From Piedraia hortae CBS 480.64 (taxonomy: Eukaryota): DNA of 64,000 nt. Positions 10,501 through 23,451 of the stretch are shown one piece after another (position 1 is the first letter of the stretch; each line of letters starts with the position of its first letter). The stretch covers positions 1 through 64,000 of the forward strand of contig MU005993.1 of the NCBI GenBank assembly GCA_010093745.1, in the 5' to 3' direction. The position numbers and the translations under genes are program-made. The notes under the pieces are model-generated. The model did not search any database. It was given only the letters and a program-made list of their open reading frames with translations, and was not told the DNA's origin.

Positions 10501-10732
10501 GAGCACTACATCGGCACCGAACGACAAATGGATACACACAAGCAGCATGATGCCAACATTGCCCCTATTGACATCCACATGGCCTGACAGTCTACAAGGC
10601 ATGCAGCCAAGGCTCCTGACGCTAAGGTCACGCAGCACATTACCCAGAGGTGCAATGAAATTGCACTAATGTCAGAAAGGATATACGGGTCCCGCCACAT
10701 TTTCCGCCTCACGGGCCCGCATGCTAAGCCCT

Positions 10733-11839
10733 TTAACCTCCTCCATCAGCTCGTTCCTCGAGCTCACCTGTGCCACAACGTTGAGACCTGAGGTCTTGGG
10801 CAGATATACCCAGAGCTTCACCGGTATCGAAACCAGGACCAGAGGAGGTTGGACCCGAAAACTCCCTCCACCTCAATGTCGATGCCTGTGATGGTGCTCG
10901 GGATATTCTCGAGCAACCACCGTTTGAACGCTGCAATATCCTTTGTGCCAAAACGTTCTTAAAGGTGGCACGTAATGAGGATTCGCGGCATGTCGGGCCT
11001 TCTGCGGCGGGAAATGGTGGGGTCTGTTCGGATGGGCTTTTGCAGGGCGATGTGCGGGCGTTGGTGTCGCCCCACAAAGACCGGGCCAATATGGCAGCCC
11101 ATACTTTTTCCGCTTGGCCACCAAGCCAGCGTACAGTGAAGCGAAGGTAGTTGGCCCGCTGACCTCCTTGAGCTCCTTGATGAGCGCTCTTGTAAAGCAT
11201 GTTTTCGAGCGCGCCGCCGGCAAACTCTGTCGCCGACGTTGCTGCTAGGACTTCGACGTTGGGAGTGGCCGCGTTATCGGCGTAACAGCAGTCCAAAATG
11301 TGGACCTGGTCGGATCCTTCTTTGGCTATCCGTTTAGTTCTTCCGCGCCAGCTGAGCGAGTTGCCGATAAAGTTGCCGGTTTCGGTGTCGACGGCACCAC
11401 TAGACCGATTAGCAAGAGCTCAAGCGATATGGTGGCACCATTTATCATACGCAATGTGCAATTTCCCGCTCACAAGTCCACCGTGACTGAAATATACAAG
11501 GATCACCAGATTTCCCTTGTTGAAGAATCCAGCCGCCTTAAGTTTTGCAATAACGCCCATAATGGCATACTTCTGTTCATATACATCCTGAGATGATAGG
11601 ATTGCGACCGCCACACTTGGCAACCGAACTGCGAAGCCATAACGCTTGCAAATTCGTCCTCCAAAGGTGTAACGCCCAGGTCATCGTTTTCGAAATGGAT
11701 CATAACAGTAACCACATGGGATTAGATGTGACCTAATTTCCTACGCACACGAATCCCTCAGGTCTTCTGGTATTTGCATGCGGGTTGTTTCTTGATCGTG
11801 AGCATGTACGTGGGAAGGGTGGGGTCCTAGGGAAGACAT
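10733..11839 (-). pseudogene. Caspase-like (C14-fold) fungal family pseudogene, copy 1
   Basis: HFENDDLG, NLVILVYFSHG, LDCCYA, EVLAAT, FTRALIKEL and VEGVF motifs spread over several frames, with stops. One GT..AG intron after the SHG segment. Confidence 0.7.
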
Positions 11840-12705
11840 GGTTGGAGTATGGTATCTGAGGTGAAACGCGGTGATCACAAGAGAGAGAGTGTGTCGGGGT
11901 GAGTTGCGTATTTAACTCAGACTAAAGTAAAGTGCACGCAAATGCCACGCGCCAAGCCGCCCCACTGCGGGACGGGAAAGCCGCCAATCGGGAGAAGTAC
12001 TGGATCTATAGTGCTAATTCATGCCCGGAGATAAGCAGGCTTGTCAAAAGGATGTAGCACCCACCATGACCAGAACTATAGATAGAAGTCGAAACTTCTC
12101 AGGGTTTTTACCTCTATAGAGGAAGTTTTCCCTGAAACGGGTCATTGTCTCGTTCATGCTCAAGGGCATGGTTCGCTGATGTTGTCCTGGCAAATGCGGT
12201 TAGACTGAGGTAGTGTCGGGGAGGTTTCGAACCTCACCTCATAGAGATAGACAATTACATTTTCACCTTTTTTCAGTAAATGTTGAGTGAAAACTTTCGT
12301 CGTTAACATCCACTCCGCTCTAGTCCTCGGAGGTTCACCCCTCCGACAAGGCTTCATTCGTGTATCAATCATCACCTTCCCGTCTCGTCTTGGAAAGGAC
12401 CTCACTGACCGGACAGCGAGGGCTTCGCGTTCACCTACAGTGTCGTGCAGCAGCAGCATCGCGAATCCATTTCACTTACGAGATCCCTATCCCTATCAGA
12501 TACCGTCACATAATGAACAAGTTCATAGCCTGCACCACATACAGATGAACCATATGCCTGTGGTCGTTTCCGTAGTGGGGCGGCTTGGCAGCGGGGTAGT
12601 TTTCTGCTTTTTTTTTTTCTTTCGCGAAATTAAACACACCCGTCACCACAATTTTCCACATGCAAACTGCGTTCTATTTCAAGGTACCATCTTCTCGCTC
12701 TAATT

Positions 12706-13638
12706 ATGGCTCGCTCACAGCCTCACCCGCACGAGACTCTAAAAGATTCGTGCGAGCAAGTGTCTTGTCCGAATGACACAAATCACACCAATCTCATTGA
12801 TGCAATGAAGCACTTCGATAACGACGTCCTATGTATTTTGCCATTGCAGATGAACTGACAAACGCTTTGACTTGTCAGTACGGCGGCAACGTCTGGGCAT
12901 CACTCTTCCAGCGTCTAGTACGGTTGGAGTTCTGAAGCACACACAAAGATGGACACTTTGCAGAAGCGGCACGAAGGTGGATTTACCCGAAAGGGAAACC
13001 TCGTCACCTTGGACTTTTCGGAAATTTGGTAATTTATGGCAGCGACACCGGCGGCCGAGATAGCAAGCTGCTCACTGCAAGTTTGCTTCACCGGGGAACA
13101 CCCAGATGAGCTCAAAGACGTCAGCGGGCCAACCACTTTTGTCTCGCTCTATGCTGCCTTAGTGGGTAATCGCAAAAAACGGGTAAGAGTATCTGCCTGT
13201 TTTTGTGGGACGGCATGGACTCCCACCGATTGCCCAACGGAAGCCAAGTCGTACCGCCCTATACAAGCCTTGCTGCTCCGGGCCAGATACTCTGCGCATT
13301 GTTATGACGTGCCACCTCTAAGATTTCTTTGGCACGATAGGTGTCGTCGCTTTCAACGGTGGATGCTCGAAAATGTCCCGAGCACCATCATGAGCATTGA
13401 GATCAGAGTGGAGGGGGTTTTTCAGGGCCAATTCTTCTTCATTCTGACGTTGGTACCGGTGGAGATTTGGGTCTACCTCCTTAAGACCATAAGCCTCAAT
13501 GTCGTGGCACAGGTGAGCTCGAGGAATGAACTGCTGGAGGAGGCCCAAGGGATTAGCATCCACCCGCGTGGAGCGGAGAATGTTGCACGGCAGAAACGGC
13601 GGTGGAGTACATTTCCACAGCAGAGGTCCATCAATTGA
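12706..13638 (+). pseudogene. Caspase-like family pseudogene, copy 2 (catalytic region deleted)
   Basis: HFDNDVL, then GNLVTL runs almost directly into MAATPA (no GHG or DCC). Also ELKDVSGPTTFVSLYA and VEGVF...PVEIW...NELL. Confidence 0.7.
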
Positions 13639-14538
13639 CCCACCACGATCATACCTTTGCAGCTTTGCATATTCTCCAAGTCCATGCAGTGTAGCATTGT
13701 TGTTTTGGGACTCGCCGCGCGGACGGAAGGCAACTGAGCTGCATCGGAACCGCCGAAGTCTCGAAGGGCACCGTACCCACCCAAGGCATGGATGATGCTG
13801 ACAACTTACTCCCCATCACTTCTGTCTCTTTTGTTTCCACGACAAACGCATGATCAACATATTGCTGCAACTCGTTCGACATCGCTCATTGCAGCAATTT
13901 ATTCATGTGTCGCGGTTCCCACATCGCCGTGGAGGTTGTGGTGAAAGTCACGGCACTTTAAACACTGCATTTACCGGATCTCTCAGTCAAGGGGCAAATC
14001 AGCTGCGCAGCAACTGGACTAATTTTTTACACAATTGCGAGTAGTGAAATCTTTGACTCTACGAGCACGGTGATTCTCAACGTTCATGTTCCTGGCTGGC
14101 GGTGTGAGACATATAGATAGTTCTGCTCGTATTTTCAACATTTATACTATGAGGTAAGATTCTCATGTTACAGAACCCCGCATATCTTGTAATAACTCAG
14201 TCTTGCCATGTGTTTCCCGGGCCAAGCACCTCCCAAGAGCATAGTTGTGAATTTTTCGTGACCCTCATCCGCGCTTAGTTGCACTATGTATAATCGGATG
14301 TCTCACAAGAGGGGATGGAAGGGAACAAGCTGTATGCTCCACTTTTCTCCTCCAAGACAGTGTGAATTTTGGCTGGCAAAATCAGAAAAACCGCACTAAC
14401 TGTAGACAATTTCGTGGCGTCAAGCCAAACGAAAACTGCTCAATAGACAGATCTGTATCCTGCTACATGTACAAATAGACCTGACGTCGACATGTGCAGT
14501 CGCTCCCGCAGTGGGCGGCTTTTTTTTTTTTTTTTTTT

Positions 14539-14548
14539 NNNNNNNNNN
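14539..14548. other. Assembly gap (10 N) after a poly-T run
   Basis: Literal N characters. Confidence 0.99.
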
Positions 14549-14649
14549 GTTGCATTTTGGTTAAGCCAGGGTTAGGTAGGCAATATCTTCATAATTCTTC
14601 CTTCCACACACCGCGGTTCACTTCATACCATAGAGATCGCACTCCTCGT

Positions 14650-15747
14650 ATGGCTCACCTACGACCTTGCCCACCATACGCGCATGCTCCCATACTATAG
14701 CCGTTGCGGAGCTACAAGAAACCCTGAAGAAAGCGTGCCAGCAAGCATTTCGTCCACACACAATGAACTACCATGATTGATTTTGATAACGACGACCTAG
14801 GCATTTCCCCTCTTCAGGATGAGTTGACAAGCGTCCTGACATTGCGGTTCGGCTGTGAAGTGTGGCCTGTCACTCTACCATCATCGTCTAGTTCGATTTG
14901 GGCCCCGATGTACTCTATGATAGGCGTTTTCGACAGACTTATCCAAGCGGGGCGTGCCAAAGAGGGTAACCTCGTCATCCTTGTCTTTTCAGGTCATGGT
15001 AAGTTGTGCGGAAAGATCTACTCAGCGGGTATGTTATATGATATCGTCATGAGCTCTTGCTTATTAGTCCAGTGGCGCTGTTGGCCGCAAACGGCGACTT
15101 TTCCAGAAACACTCTTAGCTGGCACAACATGACCGAGTTGTTGGACAGTACGGGATGCGATCAAATCCATCTTCTGATTTGCTGCCACTTCGGAGAAGTA
15201 TCATCGCCCAATACTGAAGTCTTCGCTGCTACGTCTGCAACAAAGGCCACAAGCCGCTCTCTCCAGACTGATATCACGAGGGCGCTGATTGACGAGTTAA
15301 AAGTGGCCAACGAACCGATCCTCCTACCCTCGCTGTACGCGGAGGCTAATTACCAACAGCAAGAATCACGGGTTCGATCATCTGCCAGTCTTTGTCGGCC
15401 GGTACGAACGTCCGCCCATTGCTATGCAGAAGCCCGGCTAAACAGCGCGAGCCACTGCCCGTCAAGACTCTGACTATCCGCGCAACCTTATGTCATGTTA
15501 TCTCGAAGAGACCTTGGACGCGGATGACGTCGCCTCGTTTAAACGGCCACTGCAGAAAATGGTTCCGAACGCCACGACTGGCCTCGAACTGGCCGTGGAG
15601 GGCGTGTTTCACGGAGACTCTTCCGTGGATTTGATAACTGTGCCGGTACAGATCTGGTGCTACCTTCGTCCTACTACAAAGCTCAACTTTGTGGCTCACG
15701 TCAAGTCTGGGAATGAATTGCTGCGTTGGGCGGAAGGGGAGGGGTAG
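14650..15747 (+). pseudogene. Caspase-like family pseudogene, copy 3
   Basis: DFDNDDLG, NLVILVFSGHG, LLICCH, EVFAAT, ITRALIDEL, VEGVF...PVQIW...NELL, with frameshifts. Intron ~15029-15072 lies at the same position as in copy 1. Confidence 0.7.
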
Positions 15748-16166
15748 TGATTAAGTACCTGGCCGTGTACGATGAACAGGCAATCATTGCCCCGCGTCTG
15801 GAAGGTTCAGAGATAGTAGCCTACAATGCTAAGTGCGAATTCTAATGAGGAGAGGTATCTCTTTATCTTCTCTGAGAGACACGTCCACCTTGATACGAAA
15901 TGCACTGTTTTCCCCCAAACGTTTTCCTTCCTGGGGTACAAAACCTATCACGCATGACTACACAGCGTGAACAACTAGAGATCACCCGCCAATCATTGCC
16001 CTTCAGTCTAATGGCGACTGCAACCTGGGCCAAATCACTACCTCTGCTGCAAGTCAAAACAAGATTGAGCAAACAAGCCTCCCAGCAAAGTCTCCGACAG
16101 CGTCTAAACAAGAACCACGCTTCTCGATTGACCTGAACACTCACTAAAACTTTATATCAGAACACA

Positions 16167-16650
16167 ATGAGATCCCCTAGACTTTATATTTGTATCGGAA
16201 ATCCAGAAATCAATGTCCTGGGAAGATTTAATCACCCACAAGCCATCACAATTTGGTCGCTGCATTCAAAGCCACAGACTGTTGCAATCTGCCTTTATAT
16301 TACAGTAACTGCCCTTTCCGCCGTACCTGCCATATCCCTGGCCCTTCTCAGTTTGATTTTGACTGCCGTCACCAGGAAGACGTCCAGGTGCGGGTTCGTC
16401 ACCGGGATGTTCACCACGGCGAACTTCCCGGTGCTCCTCGCCCTCGAGACATATAGCACTGTCTCGTTCTTTCAGAAAATGAGGACATGCATGCACCATA
16501 GCATAGACTTCAATTCCTTCGAGTAGTACTTGGGGGCCTTCGATATACGGTTGCAGTTTTTGATCATCGCCGTTATCATGAACGTCATGGTGACCGCCCC
16601 TCGACTTGCATTCACCTTCGTCAAGATTTATTCTAACTTGACGCTATAGT
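16167..16650 (+). pseudogene. Decayed multi-TM membrane protein (possibly SUR7/PalI-like)
   Basis: Three hydrophobic segments, with an in-frame stop at 16524-16526. Confidence 0.3.
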
Positions 16651-18006
16651 TACGCCTTCAAGTTCGCCTTCCCGAAGATAGTCCAGATCTCCTCCCTGGA
16701 GATTACGAAGTTCATTATGCTTTGTTAAGGTGCTCAGAGGAAAAGGTTCAATAAGTCCCAACAACGAGGACAATCCAGACTGCTATCTACTGGGAAGCTA
16801 TAAACCAATCCAGAAGCGCCGTTCATTCGTGCGTGGTAGCGAGCGTAGCTATGAATAACTAGCAGGGCGCGTCGGTGTATCAAATTCCCTGTGCGCTTAG
16901 GCGGCGCGGGTCGTCCCGCGCACACACAGCTACTCCGTAACATGCTTGAAGTAAATTCGACGAGCTTCAAGAAGCTCATAACATCGTTTGCTCGCTAAAA
17001 ATCCTGCTCGGCATGCGTGGCTATATTCTGATGACAAGATGGTAGGTGCCTGAGAGTCCCAAACCCTGTCCTCCAGGGTTTGCAGTGGCTTGTAGAAATC
17101 TCTCACATCGTCACTGCGATGTTCTGAGTTCGCTGGTACCTGCCATGGCCTTGCTTAGTCTGACTCCTTCGATCTCCTTCTTTTCTTTCCGACATGTGCC
17201 CTTCCGGCTTTGCCGATTGAACTACAATGACGGCAAAAGGTGTGCTTTGGTTGGTGTCTGGATTGGAGATAGATGAGTGTACGGTTGTACTGTTGACGGG
17301 GCGTTATTGAATGGTTGTTTGTGCAGCTAGAGGAGGGACGTCTTAATACAGATGTTTATCCAAAGGGTTCAGGTGCTTATCGCACCTTACAGGGATGATC
17401 GTTTCAGTTCCTGCAACCCCGCGTCCCTGTGGAACACGCGGAAAGTGAAGGAAGTGACCACGTTAGTTGAAGTAAAGTCAATTTCGCCCGACGTCTCTGG
17501 TTTACATAGATCGTAACCCACAGCACTGAATGTGAAACTCAAGAGAGAGAAGTATCCTTTTGCGTTCCTTGAAGACGCCCCACCCTTGACATTGAAAATC
17601 GCGTGACTTTGTGCAAGACTGTATTGGCCTGAAGCCTCATTGCTTTCTCTACTCTCCATCCATCGTTCTCATTCACACATACCATCTGTTTTACAGACTG
17701 TGGCCTTTCCGGGATAGAGTATAGTGCTTTGAATCATACGAGATTAATTAAAGCGAACAGTTATGAGATACCGCGTTTGAACAACGTCGTAACATTCAAT
17801 GTTTGCCAATGAAGTGAATTTGTTTGTGTGCCAGCATATTACAACGCAAATTTTGTTACTATGAGCCGTGATACGCCCCTGATAAGAAGCATTCGTGGGG
17901 AAATTGTTACAGTTAAAATTACCGGCAGCTTCGCTTGGCTGTATTAAGTGAGGCGGAGTTCCCGTCGCTCGAACGTCCCGCGATGGCCAGCCATTCAATG
18001 TAGCTT

Positions 18007-18720
18007 TGTGGAATATGATTACAGATGAAGGATGGCAAAGGCTATATCTTGATCGTGTACACGACTAGGATGGATGGTGGTATGGTTGTACGGTAAGCAG
18101 TATGGTATTGAGTGGTTAATTGATTGATGATCTATAGCTAAAGTAGGCCTACTGCATGCCCTTCATGTTGAGTCACCCTCCGTGTCATGTTCCCACACTG
18201 GCTGTTCTCAATTTAATGGTCTTTCGGTCCACCCCTGCATGTGTAGGGAGAGTCTGTTGATCGTTATGAACTGTTCGAGGGAGCGGCTGGATGATTACTT
18301 GATTAAGGTTTTGAAGTCATTGTCCCCAGGACTTGTGATCTGTGCAGCCGTCGAGTAGTCAAAGGCAGCTTCTGGCTGACAGACTGAAGCCATGTATGCT
18401 CCTTGCGCTCTTTGACGAACAAACTATTGTGCATCCTCAACGGTTTCCAGCTTAGCTTTTTGACCCTTCTGCCTGAAGGAAATGGTGCAGTCCTTATCTA
18501 AAGTGAGCACACATTTGTTGAACGATAAGGGGGTTTCTTGGGTGAGCGTTATCCTCTCCTGTGCATGGTAGATCATCTTATCGACTTCTTTCTTTGCAAA
18601 GGCCTCATCGCTTAGGCCGATGGTGTCTTCCGTCTGCATTCCTACGACACCAACGCACTTGGAACTAATTATTGTGAGCAGGAGGCAGGGGTCGTAGCTG
18701 GAGACTTCCACCCTCAACCT
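18007..18720 (-). mobile_element. Truncated Ty1/copia retrotransposon: RT fragment, pol C-terminus, PPT-like tract and 3' LTR
   Basis: SSYDPCLL...GMQTEDT...RQRAQGAYMASVCQPEAAFD and C-terminal NRLSLHMQGWTER. Purine-rich GAGAACAGCCAG precedes a ~191-bp LTR (18007-18197) bounded by TGTGGGAA...TTCCACA. Confidence 0.75.
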
Positions 18721-19196
18721 CCCACAATGATGCTTGAAGTAAATGGACTACCAATGTGCACCGGCCTACACAATTTCATAAAAGGGCCTCCTGATCTACA
18801 TCATCCAGCTTTGTGGATAGAGCTGGCAAATCTGCTCAGGAAAGTGGGCCATAATCTTGTGCTGCAGCTTGGTTTCGGATCAAGTGTATGCTTGCTTGAT
18901 GTCTCGAAGCCATAGTTAAATCCCCTGTCCAAGAAGTGTTGGGACAGGCTCAGCCTTTGAATGGCCGGCGATTGAGTTAGGACCATCTTCTTGCCGCCGT
19001 TCGAGTACCTTTCGTCTACAAGGCGCGACTTCTCACAGCGATGGTCGGTGTTCTTGCCATTGACTTCGTTTGTGATTCGTGATCTCGGTATTCAGGTTCC
19101 GACCATGGACCAACGGATCAAGATTTTACTCCCTCCTGTAAATATTGAATTGTGACAGTACCTCGATGCTAATACTCGTACCTTCACACTCAATCT

Positions 19197-19800
19197 CTAG
19201 AATACTCCTCTCCGTCGGTCCCGATGTCCACCTCGAGATTCTCCCCGCGAGCTGTCGCCAAATGGCGAGAAGCTAACAGACTGAAGATCGGAGCAGCTGA
19301 ACTTGATCCACCGTTCCAGTGATTTCGTTCGTATGTCCCACAGGCACAATGTACCGTCCGTGGATGCCGACACTAAGCGTCGACCGCCTTCCGCAAATGA
19401 TATGTTCAGGACTTGAGTCGAGTGCCCACGGAATAGTGCCATCTCCGCACCCGTTGTAGCGGACCACCATACGTCACCGCTTCCTTACGAGGCCCGCGAC
19501 CCAAGGCGATGACGAGAGCGACAATCAGAAAGGAATGTTGAGCAGGAGCTACTTCTTGAATCCTTATGCCGCCGAATATGGCTAGTAAAACATCGATGAT
19601 ATTCCGAGGTACGTAGATGCCAGCAAACGCAGCTAGCAGCAAGGTAGGAGGTTAAGGTTGGCCCGATAGATCCCATGAAGAGCATCAATGCGCGCTGGCG
19701 GCACTCTTTCCTTAGCGGGCACGGAAAAATCAAGCTGTATGCATGACCAAGCAATGTTAAGAGAGACGTATCGGCCACAAGTGACTCCGGAGTGCTGGCA
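19197..19800 (-). pseudogene. WD40-repeat gene relic
   Basis: WSATTGAEMALFRGHSTQVLNISFAEGGRRLVSASTDGTLCLWD, plus an upstream LLTLLGH fragment in another frame. Confidence 0.6.
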
Positions 19801-22453
19801 TGCAATTGATACATGACGGATACACCCGGAAAAGGATGGCATTCTGACACCTTCCTGAGTAAAAGGTGTGATGAAGGATGGAAGAACCTGCCGACATCCT
19901 TGATTGGTTCAACCTGGCTCAATTGGGGTGTGGCCGTCCATTTAAATAACTCTCCAATGGGTCAAGACAAGCATTAAGAGGACTTTCCTTAGTAACAACT
20001 TGGCCCACACTCTTGACACAAGAAAATGTTAAATGTGCTTCAATCGCACGGAATGCGGACAACGACTCCGCAAGAACAACAGATGAGGGGCGCTGAACAG
20101 AAGGGTGGATGAGCAGTGGAGGCTCTCCTTATCTCCCTGATTCTCGACCGGCGAACATACAGACAACGGGCTCAGCCCAACACCACAAACAGCCCTGCAG
20201 ATACAGCTAAATTCGCTTCAATGGATAAACATTAACGTGACGTGGAGAGTTATGCCGACTTATCCTGATTCTGTGCATGATAAAAGAATGCTACGAGGAA
20301 GGCTTTCATCTTATAAATTTGCCTGGAGTATCGAGAGTGATCTTCCGTCGCTTTTCCCCGCTCGTAAGGCGTGTTTATGCATTGAGGATCGATCCTGAGG
20401 TGGAGTGGTCGATCCCCATGCTACTTCTGTAGCGACCGGGCAGGAAGCCGAGAATTCGACCATTTTCGTATCCTGGAGTTTGCGATCACAACTTTGGCCA
20501 GATTGAACCTCGCCTTATGCAAGCTCTTCCGCTCATCATGCACTAAGCCTGTCATAGGCGCAGACTTGTGTGTTTTAAACGCCCAACCGTAGCCGAGGTC
20601 GGTCAGAGTTGCGTTGTAAGCTCTGGGAGCTGCTTGATCTTTTCAAGCCTTGGCGTGGTGACACCTTGGTTGTACCCACTCCAGAAAAGTCTCGGGTTTG
20701 CCTTAACGGTATAAGATGCCCGCCTTACACTGAAATTGATACACCAGCGACATCCTCAAGCTCCAGAATGATGTGTACAACCTTTCCCATCCTCGAACCC
20801 CACAGCAAACCCAATGACGGTGCCGCATTTGCGTCGCAATTGTCTTGTCTTGGTGGTATTAACTTTGAGTTGTCGATCTAGCTTTCCTTGCAAGTTGATC
20901 ACAAGGAGAAAGAGAAGACACAGCATCGAGAAAAGAGTGTCATCTTTTTCTCTGGATTGACTCTCCTAGCGCCCTCTTTGCTTGGCGTTTTGCAGAACTT
21001 TCAGTCAAACCCTCAGTGTCGATTGGGAATTTGGTAGACCCTGACACTTCTCATCTTATCACCAATAGTCATGAGCCTTCAGAGCTGCTCAAACGCAGAT
21101 AAGCGCGGCTCTCCATCATCGAACGCACTCTCATCTTGCTCGTACCAGCCCAAAGGCCTCAAAGTGCGTCTTTGCCGCTCGCCAGACTGCCTGGATCGCT
21201 TCCCTCGCGATCTCGGTCAAATCATCCAAGAGATCTTCCGTGACGAAAGCAGCACAGGTACGGCGCGAAGCGCTGACAGGTGCACACTTGAGCAGCGCAA
21301 GAAGCTCGTACTTGAGGAGGCTCTTTCCCTCTGCAGACTGTTTTTTTATGAATTCATTCGATACCTTGGATCCCAAGACGCTGGCCGCCAATTTTGTCTC
21401 CATCGAAACTTGGCGCATATTGCAAAGTATCGATCTTGTTTTTGTTCTATAATCTTCAGCATCAGAGTCATGTGCTGTTCATGCGACTCCTATCGCCACA
21501 TGGGGTCATGATGACGGGATCAAGCATCGATGAAGAACCCGAACAGTAACGGATTGTTATAAGTGCATTTTAAAGTCGTTCTTGAGGTTGCCTAGAGGGA
21601 AACCCAGATACAAGTGTCTCCAGTTATATTGCTGAGAGTCTAGGTTCCCGATTCTTGATTTTTATATCATTAATTCCGTAACGGCGATTTCATCTTCAAA
21701 TAAGGTGCAAGCTTATCGCGCATTTCACTCTCAGAGAATAGCCAAGATCACCCTCGATTGCAAAGAAGTGTAATGCAGTGAAAATGGATGATATATAAAG
21801 TGGTCTTGTTTGAGTGTAATCCACAAAGGCTTAAACAGATGACAACGAGGGTCGAGGGTTGTCAAGGCCGTTCAGAGAGTGTAGATGCCGTCAAGTCGTT
21901 GCATGCCTCTGGAACAGTATCGCATTCGATGCCCTTTTTCCAACCCTTCCTCATCTCCCATGATAATTTCGCCGAACATACACTCCTAGGTCGTCGTACC
22001 AGCTCTGGCCGCTCATCGTCACCCCATGCAGCTCACAATCACACCCGCGCGCAAAATTCTCGCGAGTGAATCACTAATCAAGTCTCAGAGCGCACATGGC
22101 GCCTTTGAGCAGCGAGCGAAGCAGGTGTAAAGTGTCAAGCACCCTCAAAAGTAAGTGATTGTATCGAATTTGTTTGCTCCAGTGTGCCAAGAAAGTTTCT
22201 CAGACGGAGTAGCTCAGCGGATCGGGCCGCCACCGCACTGCACAGAGCTGGTGATGCAATACGAGCAAGGAAAAGAGGGTTCTAGATACGATCAGACCAA
22301 GTGATCATAGTGTTCTTCTATCTAAGACGTTGAACTTGTAACTAATTGTCAAGGCTGGTGCGTTTGACCCTCAATTACAGTACCCAAACTACGCTGTCCT
22401 GAAACCAACTGCAAAAGCAGCCCCAGCCGTCTTGTTCTCAAATCGCAAACCCC

Positions 22454-23451
22454 CTAAGCCTGGTTCGGCACTTTCTCCTTCTCCGGCGTTCTCTCTTGAT
22501 GGTGTTGACCCTCCTGTTTGGACTCACCTTCTTGTTCAGTAGCTCTGCGAGCCTCTTCTGCCGTCCGCTTCGTCTCTGCCTGCTCCATTTCACTCTCGTG
22601 CTGCGTCGGATCTGGCACGTTCTGCGGCTCAGTGTTGGGCACAGGTGCTGGTTCGGTTTGCGGCTCGGTGTAGGGCACAGATGCTGGCTTGGTTTTCGCG
22701 TCATTGTCGGGCGCAGACGTTGGCTCAGCTCGCGAGTTATTGTCGTTTTCGGGAGCTGGCTCCTTCTGTGACTCATCGAAAGGAGCTGGTTTCTTGATTT
22801 TGACAGTGGAAATCCGTGTCGGAACAGAGGGAGTGTAAAGATGGGCTATTCTGCGCTCGCTAGAGGTACGATACACGCCAGAGCGTACCGACAATGCTGA
22901 AGGCGGCGAGTAATCATCGGGCTTGAGAGGAGGTCTAGGAGGAACGTTCGCGCTTAAGGAGCGGCCTCTGGTTGGAGTCGTTGGTTGAGGTCGTTCAGGC
23001 GCAGCAGGTTCGGGTTTACCTTTGGTCAGACGGTTGGTAATTGGTTTCTTCCAGAAATCCAGAACTTTGCTTTTGAACTTGTTTGAACTCGAGGATTGCG
23101 GTGTCTTTGCTTCTGCTTCACCCTTGAAGGTATCTTGGAGGTTTGTTTGTTCCAGAGGCTTGAAGAGTGTATTGGGAGAATCAAAACGTGAATCTTCCTC
23201 CCCTCTCTGCTTTGACTGTAACTGGGTTTGCGGCTATTGATGATTAGCCGAAAAAGTCAGCAATATGATCTACTCACTTTATTTTCCTCATTGCTAGCAC
23301 CTTTCGGAGGACTGAGCTTCCATGGCAGTAACTCATCAATCTTCTTTCCAATGCGAGACTTGCTATCTTGGGTGTCTTTCTTAGACTGTTCATTACCACC
23401 TTGGTTGAAGCTGGTGCTTTCTCTTTTGTGCTGCTTTTCCTGTCGAGGCAT
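22454..23451 (-). CDS. Low-complexity hypothetical protein (2 exons; intron 23234-23277)
   Basis: A GTGAGT..GCTAAT..TAG intron joins the 23451 ORF in frame to the 22454 ORF. Contains 12-aa EP-rich repeats. Confidence 0.6.

Noticed and set aside
9200..22000. RIP as the cause of pseudogenisation in the island
   Set aside because: Lesions are largely indels and the region is not obviously AT-rich. RIP indices would have to be computed.
22204..22290. tRNA or tRNA-derived SINE (GTAGCTCAGCGG resembles an A-box)
   Set aside because: No proper T-arm/B-box (GTTCGA) or acceptor stem at a suitable distance.
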